NCBI GenBank assembly: GCA_007224835.1
Contig: SRMA01025500.1
Location: 21,870 to 85,869, forward strand
Direction: 5' to 3'
DNA length: 64,000 nucleotides
Source: Danionella cerebrum
Lineage: Eukaryota
Part shown: one piece after another, positions 12,306 through 26,939 of the stretch
Numbering within the stretch: the stretch's first letter is position 1
Layout: each line of letters opens with the position of its first letter
The notes under the pieces: model-generated
Database searches by the model: none
What the model was told of the DNA's origin: nothing
Seen by the model: only the letters and a program-made list of their open reading frames with translations
Position numbers and translations under genes: made by a program

Positions 12306-14249
12306 AGTGCAGGTGCACATTTCTGTAGCTGGGACAAAATTATGAAATTAAAAATGCACAGCATAACTTTAATCCACGTAAGCATACTTGCAGCCAACTT
12401 GTGAAGAAAGCGTCTTGTTTTAGGCAGAAGGCACAGAAGCGTACATAAGCATGTGCCTTTTCAAATGCTGATGCATTAGCCATCGCGGAGCAAAGAGCAC
12501 TTATAAAACCAAGAGAGATGAGTCGGTCATTAGGATTGAGCATTCTGCCTCTTCCTCCTTAATGGATGTATCACACAAACAGAGGAGTAAAGGCTATTCT
12601 GCAGTCCATCCCTGTAATTGGCAACAATTTAGCCCTCCACAGCCACTCCATCTTTGGTTTCAAAAGGAAGCCTGCTGTTGTATACAATAGGTGACAGAGC
12701 TGGCCTCCATTTAACACCGATTCATTTCTTTCAAAGAGACGGGCACGCGGCAAACCTATGGTTTTTCATTCAGAGTATGTTCAGTGCTGAAGCAGAGGCA
12801 ATGACCTCCCAGATAACACTGTTTGCAGATTATTGCAGCTCTTTGAAGCTTTTCTCTCTTTGCTGGATCAAGGTTGTTCTCATAGGAATAGGCAAAGAGG
12901 AATCAAGTGTTTATAAACGAACACAAACGCTTCTGTTGTTTAGTTGGCGTTGGCTACTATCGTAAACCACAAAGGCAAGATGCTCAACATAACCCATGAC
13001 GTGGTATATTTTGTAAAACATCTAGCCCTGATACAAAACATCTGTGTGACATCTGTGAAACGTTTCTCAGTCAATTGAACACATCTTGGTCCATTCACGC
13101 AGATACAAACGGTTACATTTGATGGATCCTTGTACACAACAAACTAGGGTCACAGGGCAAAGGGTGAGCGCAAACGCAATAGCTGCCCATATATCAGTCA
13201 AAAGAGATTTTACGGTAAAGCAGCTGCATCAAAAGACCCTGAGTCACAAGATGGTCAACTGCAATAAAAACCAGGGACAACTAACAAAACCAGAACATGT
13301 GTCTACCACTTAACCCAATGTTTAATAGGAATTAATGAATTCCAAACTTGCATTACAAGCTTATATATGCAAACAAACAAAATCATGCAGAGACCACTCT
13401 TTCCTCCTCTGAGGAACATACATGGCACATGAGCATCTGCTGCTCTGCTGAGCACCAATCCCTCCATCAATAATCCATCAACCCATCCAACACTCTGCAT
13501 TACTGTGCCACACAAAGGTGAGACCAAGAGCTTGACATCTACACAAATCATACAAACATTTTAATTATTGATTGAGTGCATTTCGGATACAGAGACTTGA
13601 GGGAGGAAGACAATACTGTAACACAAGTGCACTGATAGTACAACAATATGTCACTTCTACTTTTTCAATAAATCAAAGATATAGCAAGTCACAGACATCA
13701 TAGTTGGTAGATAAACTCATGAGCCTTCCAATTGGGAGCAAATCTTTTCAACAGGGCTATGTTTTTAGTGAAATAGTGACAAAATTTTATTAACCTTGAT
13801 GCAATATGTACTTCCCCTGTTTAGTCACACTGTGTTGCAAACCACTCTGTTTGACGGTGTTGTGCACTAACCGCAACGATGAGAGGAAAAAATCTAACTG
13901 GACGTTATGGTTGACAGAAGCAATGGTGCCCAATAGTAGTCCGTCAGCTAAGTTGATACACAAAAAACACAGAATGTCAACACCATGGGAATACATTGGG
14001 TTTCTAGTGGGCAACACTGAACAAATAAAATCCTGATTTGCAAGACCCGTCAAAGACATGTCACCACAACCAATGATAATACTAGACATCTCAATCGGCA
14101 ACTAAAGAAACATCATTTCAGTAATTTCAGAATAGCAGGCCCCAACAATAGACAAAAGAGCTCAGAAATACACCAGGAGATAAACACAACTAGATGGATA
14201 AGGATGGCACACAAACCTTGACGTTGGCCTGTAAAAGTAATGCTTATTT

Positions 14250-14600
14250 AAATGTTGCGCCCATAAACCAACCCCAATGTCTCTATTGTTTTCACAGCTT
14301 GAGATAAAGATTTATAATTTGTTGCTATGGTACACTGTCTGGTTGCTATGGCGGGATCAGTAACATAATATAATATTCCCTGTGGTACCTGGTGTGACAA
14401 ATCAAGTCGCGTGTCTCTGCAATGAGATAAAGATTTGCCAAATTGGTTGCTATGGTAAACAATCTGGTTGCTATGGATGGGTCAGTGACATAATTTAATG
14501 TTTCCTATATGTTAAATAAACCAACCCCCATCTCTCTATAATTTACTGAAGATTAAATATAGTTCAGAACGTTGGTTGCTAGGGAAATAGTTTAGTTTCT
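14250..14600. repeat. Tandem repeat, about 130-bp unit x 2.5
   Basis: Repeated 'gagataaagattt..a.ttggttgctatggta.ac..tctggttgctatgg.gggtcagt.acataat.taat' units read directly. Confidence 0.55.
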
Positions 14601-17600
14601 AGGGAGGTCTTATATACATTTCAAGTTATTATTATGATTAACATAATCAAATCCACATTTCTCTATGACGTTTCATCTTGAAGATATTTTGTTGCCTTTT
14701 CCCAATTAAGTCAATGGTAAATCTTTAACACCCCTAATAGACCCGAGGGTTCTTTTACACAGTGCTTGGTATGTTCTTGCACAGACTGTAACCTCCAATA
14801 GTTCAATGGCATTCTCAGATTTAGTTACAGTTTAACAAAGTTTGACCCCATGTTAAGTGAAATTTCCCAGCATTCTCTGTGATTTCTTAGAATACCAGTC
14901 TGAAAAGATATAGCAACTAGAGTCATCGCCAGTATGTATTTCGAACAGTCTGAGAGTTTTACAATGCGTTTAGAATTTTGTCAGAAGCAAAAGACGAATA
15001 AAAAACAATAATGAAGGTGAATATAGAGGTGAAAATGCACATAGAATACACACGTCCAGAAAGACAGCGTGGACATAAAATAAAAAAGAACAAATAAAAT
15101 AATAAATAAAAATCTAATTAAAACTTAAACTTTTGTGTCTTGTCTTGTGTTTGCTTTTCCCAGCCACCGGTTTGATTTTTCTGTGGCCTTGTCTTCTGTC
15201 ATGTGAGCACATGGCTCTTTGTTATGATTGGCCATGTGCTCACCAGCCTCATCATCTACCCCACCCCTTTCAATATCGGTGCCTTATTTAATCACCACCT
15301 GCAATACCTCGTTATCTTCTTAATTAAGCCTTTCCTGAATCCACAGAGCAGTGTTGGTGTGTCTTCATTTGATCTTCATGTAAATGAGAACTGGTCACCT
15401 GTTCTAGCCTGACTAGTTTAGGCCAGTTTTGTTCCTTAAAGGTTTTATAGTGTATACTAAAACTGTTCAGTTCACTGTCAATTTTTCATTTAGAATAAAA
15501 AAAATGCAGCCTTCTACATAAGAGTAAGTCAGAATAAGTGGCTGATAGCATTACAGCTAAAAGCAGAGGAAGTGGACAAGAGTTTCAAATCACTAGCAGT
15601 GAGTCATCACTGCTCTGCTTCAATGTAGGACTGTTTATTGATCTGGCTAGTCAATTTACCAGTTAATTCTGGTGCATGCGATCAAGATACATTTTACTTC
15701 CAACTTGCCAATTGTACAGTACCAACAAAGAGGAGCAATGCACTATAGAAAAATATTATCCGCATCTTAAAATGAGTCTTGACATCTACCCATGAACTCC
15801 ATGTAACTTAAACTGGGGTTACAACCCATGCCATGAGGATCACGGTTTCAGAGCTGGTAAATGGTAGAACACCACATAATCTTCACAAAATGGCACTCAA
15901 CTCTGCTTCAAATAGGTAAATGGCCTAAATGTATGTTAGACCTCAATCAATAAGTATTCTGTGCCTCTCCTCTCTTCCTCCAGACTCTGGGCCTGGATTT
16001 CCAAAGGAAATACAAACTTTATTGTCATCAGAGAACATAACCTTTGACCACTCAGCAGCACTCCAGTCCTTTTTGTTTTTAGCCAAGGCAAGATGCTTCA
16101 GATGTTCTCTGTCACAACAGCTGAAACTCCTGCGTACACCTCTGTCTTGTGGTGAGTGAAGCACTAACTCCAGCTGTAATCCACTCTACGCTTTGTTTCA
16201 CAATCCTTTCTACACCGTGGTTATCCTTATTGTTTTTAAAGATTGTTCTACCACATATTCCTTTCAGTGCTTAAACACAGAGCTTGTATGACTTTTGTGA
16301 TAATACATTTTTACTCTAACTCTTCAAATACTTCTGGAAATATAGTGCATAAAAAAGATATGGGGTAAAATTTTTGAAAAAAGTGCAGCTCATCAACAAA
16401 TTTCATGATCTATCACTCAACAGGCAACTTAATAATTAGCTAAATACAGCCTTGAAAGTAAATAAATCTCAATTTAAAGATGCAATCTGAAACCCTGCGA
16501 AGTCATAGATAAAGTAATGATATGGTCACAGCTAATGAAATATGTCCTACTTTCTCGAGAAGCGGTGAACAATTGCTGAGTCTTCTCAAAACCCCAATTT
16601 ATAAGACCATCTATTCATTCAACCCCCACTCATAGACTGACCCGCCTTCCCACTGTCCCACAAGTTCCACCTTGAATTATTCATGAGCAGCTAGCAGACA
16701 CTCCACTTCCATCCATCAGTTGCGTGGACAAACTAAAATATTTAATATTTGTGACCAGCCAACTCAACTGTGCCTTAACAGTGGCCCCCACCACGTCCCA
16801 CCGGGAGCACCAATCCATTCCCACCCGTTTAATGTCTAGTCTAGCCACCACCCAAAGACCCTCAGTCCCTCTCCCCACTTGCTTTAAGCACATCTCCCCT
16901 GCCCCCCTTTCTGCTTACCCTTTGTTAGTATGGCAATACGATGCAAGTATAACAGATGAACTAAGTAATTCTCCCCATTTTTTATATACATTTAAATAAT
17001 AATTATAGCATTTTAGCTGTTTTTAACTCATGAAGTCAATGTGCATGTAGACTTCTAAACATCAGAAAAGCCACTAATTAACAATTAATTAGTCTCTTTA
17101 GACTGACTTCCTTAGCAATAATCAGTCACAGTCTTCGGATGGAAGAAGCCTGAAACAGAAGGCATCATCTTCTAATTCCCCATTTCTGCCAATCTCTTTC
17201 CCCTTGTCCATCAGTTCTTTGTTCCAATCTGAAGGCAGGCATTAGGCTAGTTTTAATGAAGCCATGCAAACAATCAACTCCTATCGGACTGCATTACTCT
17301 GTCATTTTTAGCATCATAACCCAGATTCCTTGGATTTATTGAGTATTTCTTAAGAGACCTCTATGTATTGTGTATCTTTAGGACTACATTTGAAGTCTCA
17401 GAATTCATTATGAAGGAGGACAGTGTTGGACGTGTCTGTTCATGACACACTCTGATGATTAAAATGTAAGTTACAGGAATGTTTTAGCAAAACTATGAAT
17501 TTGTGGAACAACGATTTCTTTTAAATTCACCAAAAGTAACAAATGTCTTCCTCCCCTCACTGTTCCCAAGCCAAAATCTCTGCATTGAGGAATTAGATCT

Positions 17601-17799
17601 TTTCTGACAGCATTAACAAGAATAAGAAGCTACAGAAGCAAAACTCCATCCACTTTCAATGAGTCACTGACCTTTAAATCTCACCAGGTCTCAAGCTATG
17701 TCCAATAAACCGAGCAGAGTTCAGTTCACAATGGATCTAAAGGTTTTTTTCTATACCTTTCACAGGAATTAAATTTAACTTATTTCAAACGAATCTTAA

Positions 17800-18310
17800 C
17801 CTTTAGAAGTCTGGGGCCTTTTTGAGCATTTTTTTCTACTACACTTTGATCTAATAAATTATCTTTAAAACCGTTTTTGTGACTTAATGCTTAATATCTT
17901 TTTTTGTGACAAATGTTTTCATTATATTCCACAAATTTTACAAAAAAATACTATTACAAGTATTAAATTGTAATTTTTTACTGCACACATCTCAAAAAAT
18001 GAGAACAGTTTCAATGTTTTATAATGAAAATCAAAACTGTATAACAAAATAAAAAATTATAAACCTCCAAAAAAACAAAGACACTTTGCCAAACCTGTGC
18101 AAACACAAGCCATATCATAGCTATTGTACTTATCAACCCTTCTTTTCACCACTAGATAGCAGTGATGGCGCCAATTTGGCTTCTATAATATTAAACTGAA
18201 AGACAATCGAGGATTTTCTAATATTCTAATTACCTTACCAATAATGTGTTAATACTCTTGGAATGTTTATTTGAATCCAAAAGTATAAAAACTAAACCTT
18301 TTTGAAACCT
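17800..18310. mobile_element. piggyBac-like MITE, copy 2 (TTAA at 17796-17799, terminus CCTTTAGAAGTCTGGGGCC)
   Basis: Same family as 2356-3089. Shares 'tcttttcaccactagatagcag..gatggcgccaatttgg', 'ctgaaagacaatcgagg' and 'cctttttgaaacctacacattataagacc'. The 3' part is missing. Confidence 0.5.
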
Positions 18311-18586
18311 ACACATTATAAGACCTGCGATATGGCTTATGTTTTTCAAATTTCTTGCACAAAAGAAAGTACAATGGAACAAAAAGTGCTAGTTGAAACA
18401 GTGTACAAGCTTTTGTAGAGGGTTTATACAATATTTGCAATGTTTTGACCTTGTCTTTTCTTTTTTTGGGGACTTATGAAATTAAATTTTATTGCAATGA
18501 TTAGGATTTTGTTATAAAGCCTAAAACTGTTAGTGAGCCACTCATATTCTGCAGTAAGTAAACAACAAAATGTACTACTCCGAATT

Positions 18587-18621
18587 GTGTGTGTGTGTGT
18601 GCGTGTGCGTGTGTGTGTGTA

Positions 18622-18653
<32 letters not shown>

Positions 18654-18663
18654 ACATTTTTTA
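18587..18663. repeat. Compound microsatellite (TG)n-(TA)n-(T)n
   Basis: gtgtgtgtgtgtgcgtgtgcgtgtgtgtgtgtatatatatatatatatattttttttttttttt read directly. Confidence 0.9.
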
Positions 18664-20472
18664 AGGCCCTGGACTTCTCAAAGTTAATAATTTGCACAAC
18701 AATGAAAGAAGCTCCTGTAGAAAATGTTTCCTCTAGGTCTAGTACAATATGTTGAAACATTTTAAATCTTTTAAGTTTAAGTAGGGGAATGAAACAATAA
18801 AATAATGGAGAGTTCCGCATGAAGTTCATATATCCTTGTCAACTCGTACACATCTCACACCGGAAGATTTCGAGTTTAAGGGTATTGGCTATATGTGTGT
18901 AGGGGATAGGGGGGGGGTCAAGCTATTCTGTGTATGGCAGCAGTATAGAAGTGGGGGAGGGAGAGGCTTACTTAAGAGAGATTTGAAAAAGTGACGCACA
19001 GTGTATAAATAATTATAAGTTATAAGATGTATTCTTATGTGTCTGGTTTTTCTTTAAAACAATATTTGATAAAACAAAGCTATTGCTACAAATATACATA
19101 TTGATGCAGTTATGATTTAAATTATCTATTTTAACCGTACTATGTTCCAATGACTCCAGTCAGTTACATAAGCCTGCAAGACTTAGAACATAATGTGATT
19201 CAGCAAAAAAAACATTCCCTTAGTATCCAGGTCAGAGCTCTGGTCAGGTCTTCTATGTTTTTCTGTAACTGGGGATAAGCCTGAAGTAGCAACCAAAGAT
19301 AAATTCGAAGTAAAAACAGCCATGGGGGCAGATAGGAGCCTTCCAACCCAACCCCCTACTGTGCGTTTCCATTTTGTTGAGATCTAATCTGAAGCACTTC
19401 AAGCAAAGCACACACCTACAGTAAACACAAATACAGAGAGAGGGAACCAAAAATAAACCTCAGAGGGAAGACAACGAACACAGCCGATTCAAAATACAAC
19501 ACATTATAAGCTGATAAAGTAGTCTTGATAAGAAAACAATAGAAAAGTGACACACCCTCAGTAAACTTTATTGACCTCTCTGTTTGAACTCGAGGGATGC
19601 AATGTAAGCACAATTGTTTAGTTCACCACAAAAGTACAAGTGAGGATCCACTAAATAAATATAGAATCAAAGGCCTTCGTCCTCTGATATGCTCTGAATC
19701 TGCAGATATGCCTAAATAAATGCCCATGAATTAAATGCAACAGTATTAAGCATGCTAAAAGTTCAGTCCGTTCTCATACATTTTTAATGCAGAACTTTGG
19801 GATGAACATTAAAATGTTCAAATGGATAGAACATCCAAGAGGCTGACTTCAAGAACACACTTCATAATTAAACGCTGCATATTCTAAATAATGTGAGAAA
19901 AAAACAGGTTAAATGAGGGTATGTCGACTGGAATTCTGTCTTCCTCCTTTTTATATATTCAGTCAAACTTTTTCTGTTTCAAAATGTAAAAATGAACATA
20001 AAACGGCACGTGAGATTTCTCAATAATTGATACCGCTCTTTAGGTAATTTAAGAAAAAAAAACTACCAAGACATCTCATTCCCTTCTTAATTCTATCCTA
20101 CCCCTTATAATAAACTGCACTACTCTGTGTGAGAAATACCACTGACTAAATCACCTCAGATAAGAGTCAAGATATTCAAAGTCTTTGGCCTCTCAGAAAC
20201 TGAGAATATTTCTGCTAAACCAACAATCTGAAGAGTGCATACCATCTACATTTGCCACCACAGGACACAAATTCTGAAATTCTGAATGGGTACACAGCGA
20301 CTGAAAGTGTGATTTTTTATACTTTTATAATGCGTCATAAAACACCTCATTTTATTTGTTTGGAAAGAAATTTCTTTTCTTTATACTGATCTTATTTCAG
20401 CAGATTTGAATCTGTATGCGACAAACAAGGTTTTACATCATATTTAAAAGTCTTTGGAACTTCATAGTTTTA

Positions 20473-21198
20473 CAGTTGTGCTCATAAGATTTTGTACCCA
20501 GGCAATATTTTGGATTCCTTGGCCATTGTTCAAAAAAATCTGAATAAAAACTACGTAAATAAACTCTTGCATGAACTGCTTGTTTGAGTTGTTCAATGAT
20601 ATTGAGGTCAGGAGACTGAGATGGCCACTCCAGAATCTTCACTTTGTTCTGGTGTAACCAATGACAAGTGGACTTTGTGTTTTGAATTGTTGTTGTGTTC
20701 GAATGTTCAGCTTCTGGGCTAATGATGCACATTTTCCTTTGGTATCCTTTGAGAACATTCTGCATTTATACTGCCATCATTTTTGACACACATCCCCAAA
20801 ACATCAGTGACACGCCTCCATGTTTCACAGTGGGAATGGTGTTCTATTCATGTTGAGTCCTCTCCAAATGTACCGTTTATGGTTTTATCACAAATAACTT
20901 TGTTTCAGAAGTTTGGAGGTGTGTTTCTGAGCTGTTTGGCGTATTGTAAACAGGCTTCCTTGGATACCTTTTAATGTCCCTTTCCAATGCATCATTGGAT
21001 GAAAAAAGCAAGGGTCTATCAGGAGTTGATTACAAGCAAAGAGGTCACAGGTGAGGCGAGTTCCCTTTACTCGAACCCTTTTGTGTCTGCACCAAATTTA
21101 CTGAAAGTCATTTGGATTGTTTGACATAATGGCTTAACCCTACCACTAACTTATGAGTGGAAGAAATCCAAAAATTTGTAAACGTATGACCACAACTG
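20473..21198 (-). mobile_element. Tc1-like transposon, internally deleted copy with TA-flanked CAGTTGTG termini
   Basis: Termini TA|CAGTTGTGCTCATAAGATTTTG (20471-) and CAAATTTTTGGATTTCTTCC...CACAACTG|TA (-21200). Internal minus-strand frames give VKHGGVSLMFWGCV and KVKILEWPSQSPDLNIIEQLKQAVHAR, both signature Tc1 transposase motifs. Confidence 0.65.
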
Positions 21199-24100
21199 TA
21201 TATGTTACCAGCAAAGTGTGAAATCCTGCGTTTTTATAGAATGCTAGGCAATATACAAAACATACATGTGGCAGGCAAAGTGTGAAATCCCAGCAAGGCA
21301 GTGGAACGTCATACCAACAATATGCTTTCTTTGATAATTACTTGCACCTACAGCTACCATTGTGAAGCAAAGAGAACCCATCAAAGAGAGCAGTGGACTG
21401 GTGAAAAATTAGGACTGTTTCATACTTGCTTTGTAGAATGCCTAGGCAATTTAAAAAATATCAATCGTTTCATCTTTTACTATTCAATGTCAGGCATTAT
21501 ATTCATTGCCTATGCATTCTATAGAATGCCAGATTTAAACTTTGCTGGTAACAAATACATCAAAAGTTTTCTTGAACACACAAGCACTGGCCTCATCTCA
21601 AGGCTCCAAACAGGATGTATGAGACAATTGACAAATGGTGCAATGGGACCCGGGGCTAGACACTTATAGCTAAACATTCAACGATCAGCATTCTGGAGCA
21701 AAAGGTCACTCTGGGTTGTTCACAGTCTAAAATGACATTCTCAGGGTTCAAAAGGAAAGCACTACTGTATTGTTCAACCCCAAAGTAACAAGAGGGACCA
21801 AAGAATCAAAGCTATGCAACAAATAACCATGAGCTCTTCAGAAGCGGGCAATGATCATGGTCCTGTGCTTCCATCTCTGTTCTACAGGAATCTTACACAC
21901 CATTGGGACTCCATTGGGAAGCTGCTGGGCTGGAAGCTTGGTTAAAAACGTTTACCCAACTATTTTACCCAAACCATCTGTGTGCTAATAGCCCAAATTA
22001 GTTTTATTTACAACATGATAAACCACACATTTCTGGAATACCCATTGTGAACTGGATGATTGAAAAAGGAACAAGCAAATAAATGGATGAATTAATTAAT
22101 AAATCTGTGCATGCAAGCTTTAAGCTTTCAAACAGGTTTTTGAATATCTATAGTAAAGTAAGAATGGTTTACCACAAACCTAGTGAAGTCATAAACGCAT
22201 GCAGTAGCTATGAGCATCTTTAATTTTCTTTGTTTACCTAATAAAACCAAAATCCCCCCCAAGAAAGGCTTTATTAAGAGCGGCTGAGTGACTGTCAGGA
22301 AATGAGAGCATTGTTTCTGAACTCCATGCAGAGAAGCTAAGCTCAGCTAATGCGCCTGAGTCAGTGGGAGGCTAATAAACGCTTTAGACAAACACCTTGA
22401 ACGGTCTTTCCAGATCCATCGTTCTAACTTTCCTTTGAGCTTTCAAAATGGATTGTTCAACTTTGCGATCTTGGCCGTGTACATTCCTCTAAAGAAGTCT
22501 GTATGAGAATCCTTTCATAAAGTAGGTGATCTCTGATATACCAGTCATTATTACAGTGCACAGCTTTAACATCTTGGCGGGATCGTTCCCATAACGGTTG
22601 TTCAAGTGTTTCCCATGATTGAGAAATGCCAATAAAATTCCAATAGACACAACAAAAAAGGTTTTATGCATGCATTTACCATTTTGTGAGCCTATTACCG
22701 TTGTAAGAGGAAGCCCTTTATGGCTTCTCCTGCAGCTTTGTGAGAAGGTTTTTTTAGACAAAAAGCATCAGATGGTGCCCAGAGTCAGATAGTGTGAGAG
22801 GCTCAATATTTCCTCTTTTGCTTTTACCCTGCTTTCAACCTAACAGTCTTTTGCAGTTCCATTTTTTGTTATTTAACTTTTGTCAACAGAGTTTGTCTGA
22901 ATCCCCCCCAAAAAATCAGCTGTAAACTAGTAAAACGTATGGTTCCCGAGCCAGATTGCAAACCCTCAAAATGGGGCAAAACTCTTTTCCACACGTAAAC
23001 TGTTTCTTTCTGAAAAGCCGTAAAAATGTTGATTCGTTGTGCTTTTAAAAAGAGTATTCTGCATTGAGTTTGCAAAAATAGAGGCGTCTCAATTCGATGA
23101 TCAGATGCGAAACATATACATGTAATTCTGTACATGCTGTAGCTAAGCCATAATGGTGTGCGATGACTAGAGCTGGACATATAATCGAAATCGACATTCA
23201 GAACCTATAATCGTTTTTCAATTACTTTCACTTTAAAAGCTCACATGACCCTGCTCTACTTCCTGCAATTTATTTAATGCACCCTTCATTCAAAAACCTG
23301 TTACTTGTAATAAGTGAGAATATTTACTGTACAAAACCTGTTTTTCAATGTTGGAGCTAAATAGCACCTTCTAATCAGCATCTTTGAAGACAAGTGTTGG
23401 CACCAAAAAAAAACATTCCCTACGAGCCTAAGAGCCAGATTTAGTTCTATACGGAAGCTTTTTTTTAGAGTGAACTATAGCTTGCTGGCACTATTGCTGA
23501 GAAATCCAACTGGGTGGGGACACAACTGTACCCATGTAACCTGCACCTACAAATTGGCCTCGGGTCGATACGGATCTACACCAATGACAATATGTGTCTA
23601 TAAAAGATATCTTACCTCAACTGATCTAATTAAAGGAAATCAAACTGATTTCAAAGGCCACATTCTTGACCCCTCAAACAATGTCAATTTTTATCATTGT
23701 AGACTCAAGTCTGTCCATATCCATTTATTGACGTCTCGGTGCTTCTCCGACAAAGATAAACCTCTGTTCAGTTCCTAATGTAGTCTATCGATTCTCATCT
23801 CTTCTTGCTGATGAACTCCGTACTCTTTCCAGCAAAATCAATTTATCTGCTATGAACGTTTGTAGTTAGACTTGACGAGATCGCCAATGCTTTGTTTTTA
23901 ATACATCAGGTCTACATTTACTGGAGATTATTTTTTTATTCGTTGATTGATTTTTGTACCTTCTTATAGAAATCGTATAATGTTAGGACCTGGTGGTAAG
24001 CGAGGATTCACCATTGCCACTCCATGTACGGCATTAATCACACGCTCAGTTCTTCAGTCAGTGATCAAAAAACATAATTTTTGCAGCAAGGGAGGAAAGT

Positions 24101-25089
24101 GGAGGAAGATACAAACTCCAGAACTTGAGCCAAGAACATGCCGCGTTTATGGTACAGGTTTTCAATCCAATTAACAGCTAAAAGTACCCCGTTTGATTTA
24201 ATAACAAACACAAAAACAAGCAATCACAAAGAAGTCACTTTGAGACTGAATGTTTACAAAGGCCACAAGATGCAAATGCTTGAGCCTCACCCGCTGCCCT
24301 CCCGGCAGAACTAACACGCCTGTTGTCCGGCAGTCTAAAGCCATCTGTTGTTTGTTCAGAGGTAAGGGGTTCGTGTGAATGACTATGACGGTATTTTGCA
24401 TGTGTGATGAGGGAGCAAGTACCAAAGCAAACGGGGGAGGGAAGGACGGCTGCATGGGTAGAATATGTAAATGTAGACGTCAATGTTTTGTCTGTGACAG
24501 ACGTGGGGAAAGACTGTATGCACTGACAGCAATGAAAAGGTGGGAATAACTGGATTTAACATGGACCCCTCTAATCTAAACGGATCTGGGTCCAGCCCAA
24601 CAGCACAAGCTCAATGTCATATTTTAACCAAGTTTAATGCTGAATCATGCTTCTGTGAAAATAAAAAAATGAATCACAGGGCCAGCTGTCCAGTAATTTT
24701 AAGAAGCATAACCTAGATATTGAACTCATTTTATGCTAACAGTTGTTAACATTATAAACTGTTTTATCCTAATCAAGAACATCTGATATATGTTATAATG
24801 TACAGTTTATGACCCAATAGCACATGCAGCCTCTGATTGTATACAGGTGAGTCTAATCCAGGTGTGCAGTACATTCAATGTCTTAAATGTAGAGATTATC
24901 ATGCAACATTTAATGAAAGGCTATATTCGACGACATTTTTATTTTTACTCTTATTTCCCGTAAACACAGTAAGCGAAATTTAAATCATAGTAACAGAGAA
25001 AAGTTTAAGGCAAGTGTGGAAAAACATTCTGTGAATAAAAAATGCCTTCAAATGCTTTTGTAATTGTTAAAAATGTATTTAAGTAACAA

Positions 25090-25900
25090 TCCTATGCCTA
25101 GTTCTGCACGCACTTTTTGTTCCAAACATCTTGGAGAACTAAGGACAAGTCTTCTGTGGATGTAGCTTTCTCGCCGTGTCTTCATGTAATACCAAACACA
25201 CTCGATGATGTTGTTGCTATGCCATCAATTTCAGAACTTCTTGAGCTTTTTTTCACTGAAGATAGGTTTTATTGGCTGGCTGTGTGTTTGGGGTCATTGT
25301 CATGTTGCAATTGGGGCCTCCTGATGGTGTTGCATATGCAAGTGTCTTTCAATATTTCTCAATGTTCACAACAACATTAATCTCCAGCTCTATTTGCCCC
25401 AAGTATTTAAAGACCCTCCACCATGCTTCACCGTTGCTGGCAGACACTCATTATTGAACCGCTTTCTGCATCAATTAAATATTTCAATCCAAAGAGCTTG
25501 CTGCTAATTTTCTGCCCCCGAATTCCAATGTTTTCATATATCATTTATGTGCTTGGCCTTTTCTGGAAATATGGCTTTTTTTAGCTCTTCTCTGAAGAAT
25601 TCTCCAGACAGTAGTTTACCTGGGGTCTGCAAGTTCTGAGCAATGTTTTACACTTCAGAAAATCTTCTATTTCCAAAGGGTAATAAGCTTGCTCAAGTTT
25701 CCCTGTCTCCAGTAATGTCTCCCGTTCTTTGTACTTCCCCAAAAGAGCCTGAAAAGCAGTTATTAAACCTCCAGTCTGCTCTGAAATCTTTGTCTTGGTT
25801 AGATCTGGTTGATGCAGTATAACTACCTTGTGTCTTGGTGCTAAACTCAATCTTGCCATGATAAAAAACGTCTTTCTCAACGTCACATTGGTAGCAGATT
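25090..25900 (-). mobile_element. Degenerate Tc1-like transposon (transposase N-terminal HTH and mid-region remnants)
   Basis: Minus-strand 25880-25600 encodes MARLSLAPRHKVVILHQ..LTKTKISEQTGGLITAFQALLGKYKERE (Tc1 HTH-like, compare SxxLRxRIVxLHKAG.GYK.ISK). 25400-25460 carries 'ccaccatgcttcaccgttgctggcagacactcattattg', the same motif as the 60.0-kb Tc1 fragment (VKHGGG). Confidence 0.5.
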
Positions 25901-25904
25901 TTGG

Positions 25905-26035
25905 CTGTTCATCAGCCGGTTTTCTGTGAAGGACTGGCGACCTGTCCAGGGTGTACCCCTGCCTCTCACCCAATGTTCCCCCGTGACCCCGAAATGGAAT
26001 AAGCGGGGAGGAAAATGAATGAATGAATTGCCTGG
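25905..26035 (+). mobile_element. tRNA-derived SINE, 3' fragment
   Basis: 'gactggcgacctgtccagggtgtacccctgcctctcacccaatg...ccccgtgaccccgaaatggaataagcgg..gaaaatgaatgaatg'. Confidence 0.6.
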
Positions 26036-26590
26036 TTTTAAGCCTTCAACACAGCTTTTGCTCTGTCAGCTCATAACTGGGTTATAACCTTGGTGTTCAC
26101 TAGAACCTGTTAGGTAGATACTATAGGTTTTGGGTTTATCTTTTAAAATGCACCTATAAGAATTGATTAAGGCAGTCACACCAAATATTGACGGAATTTA
26201 GATCAAGTATTTTTCACCTTTAAGCATTGCTAAATAATTTGTAGAAAAATTATAAACTGCAATCCTGTCTGACTGACAGTAGCATGTCCTTTAAAATCGT
26301 AAATGGAAAAAGGAGAAGGCCCTTGTCTGTGCGTACTCACAACATTTGGGAACTAATCTGGTTTGTTTACAATGGAGTGGGAGGAGTTTATAATGGTCCA
26401 TTTGCTTCAAATGGATCCCATAACAAACAACAGAGTTGTAAACAATCAGCTTCATAATATCACAGAATGATATGCAAATAATTGCAGTCCTGGCTGCTGT
26501 GAAGTGGACAATTGGCTTAAGATGTGCATTATGAAATATGATTTATGCAAAACACTTTGCACAAAACAATACTCCAATATTGTTTGCTCT

Positions 26591-26885
26591 TGGCGGCACG
26601 GTGTCACTCCCTGGAAGGAGTTTGCACGTTCTTCCCGTGCTTGCGTGGGTTTCCTCCGGTTTCCCCCACAATCCCCAAAATCATGTGGTTAGGTTAATTG
26701 AATAATCTAAATTCCCCTTAGGTGTGAATGTGTGCGTGAATGTTGCCCTGCAATGGACTGGCGACCTGTCCAGGGTGTACCCCCACCTCTCGCCCAATGT
26801 GCGCTGGAGATAGGCATGGCCGACCCCCGTGACCCCAAAAAATGGATTAAGCGGGTTGGAGAAGGAATGAATGAATTAATGAATG
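26591..26885 (+). mobile_element. tRNA-derived SINE, full-length copy
   Basis: tRNA-like head 'ggcggcacggtg..', then 'gagtttgcacgttcttcc..gcgtgggtttcctccggtttcccccaca', then core 'tggcgacctgtccagggtgtacccc..ctctcgcccaatg', then tail 'gaatgaatgaattaatgaatgg'. Confidence 0.7.
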
Positions 26886-26939
26886 GTTTCCAAGCCTCCC
26901 TTAACTTAAAAGTACCATGACCCCACTCCATGCAGGTTT

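Noticed and set aside
20433-20765. 110-aa ORF with the transposase-like motif KVKILEWPSQSPDLN
   Set aside because: It is a genuine homology but sits inside an internally deleted Tc1 copy (20473-21198). It is a transposase remnant, not an intact gene, so I reported it as a mobile element rather than a CDS.
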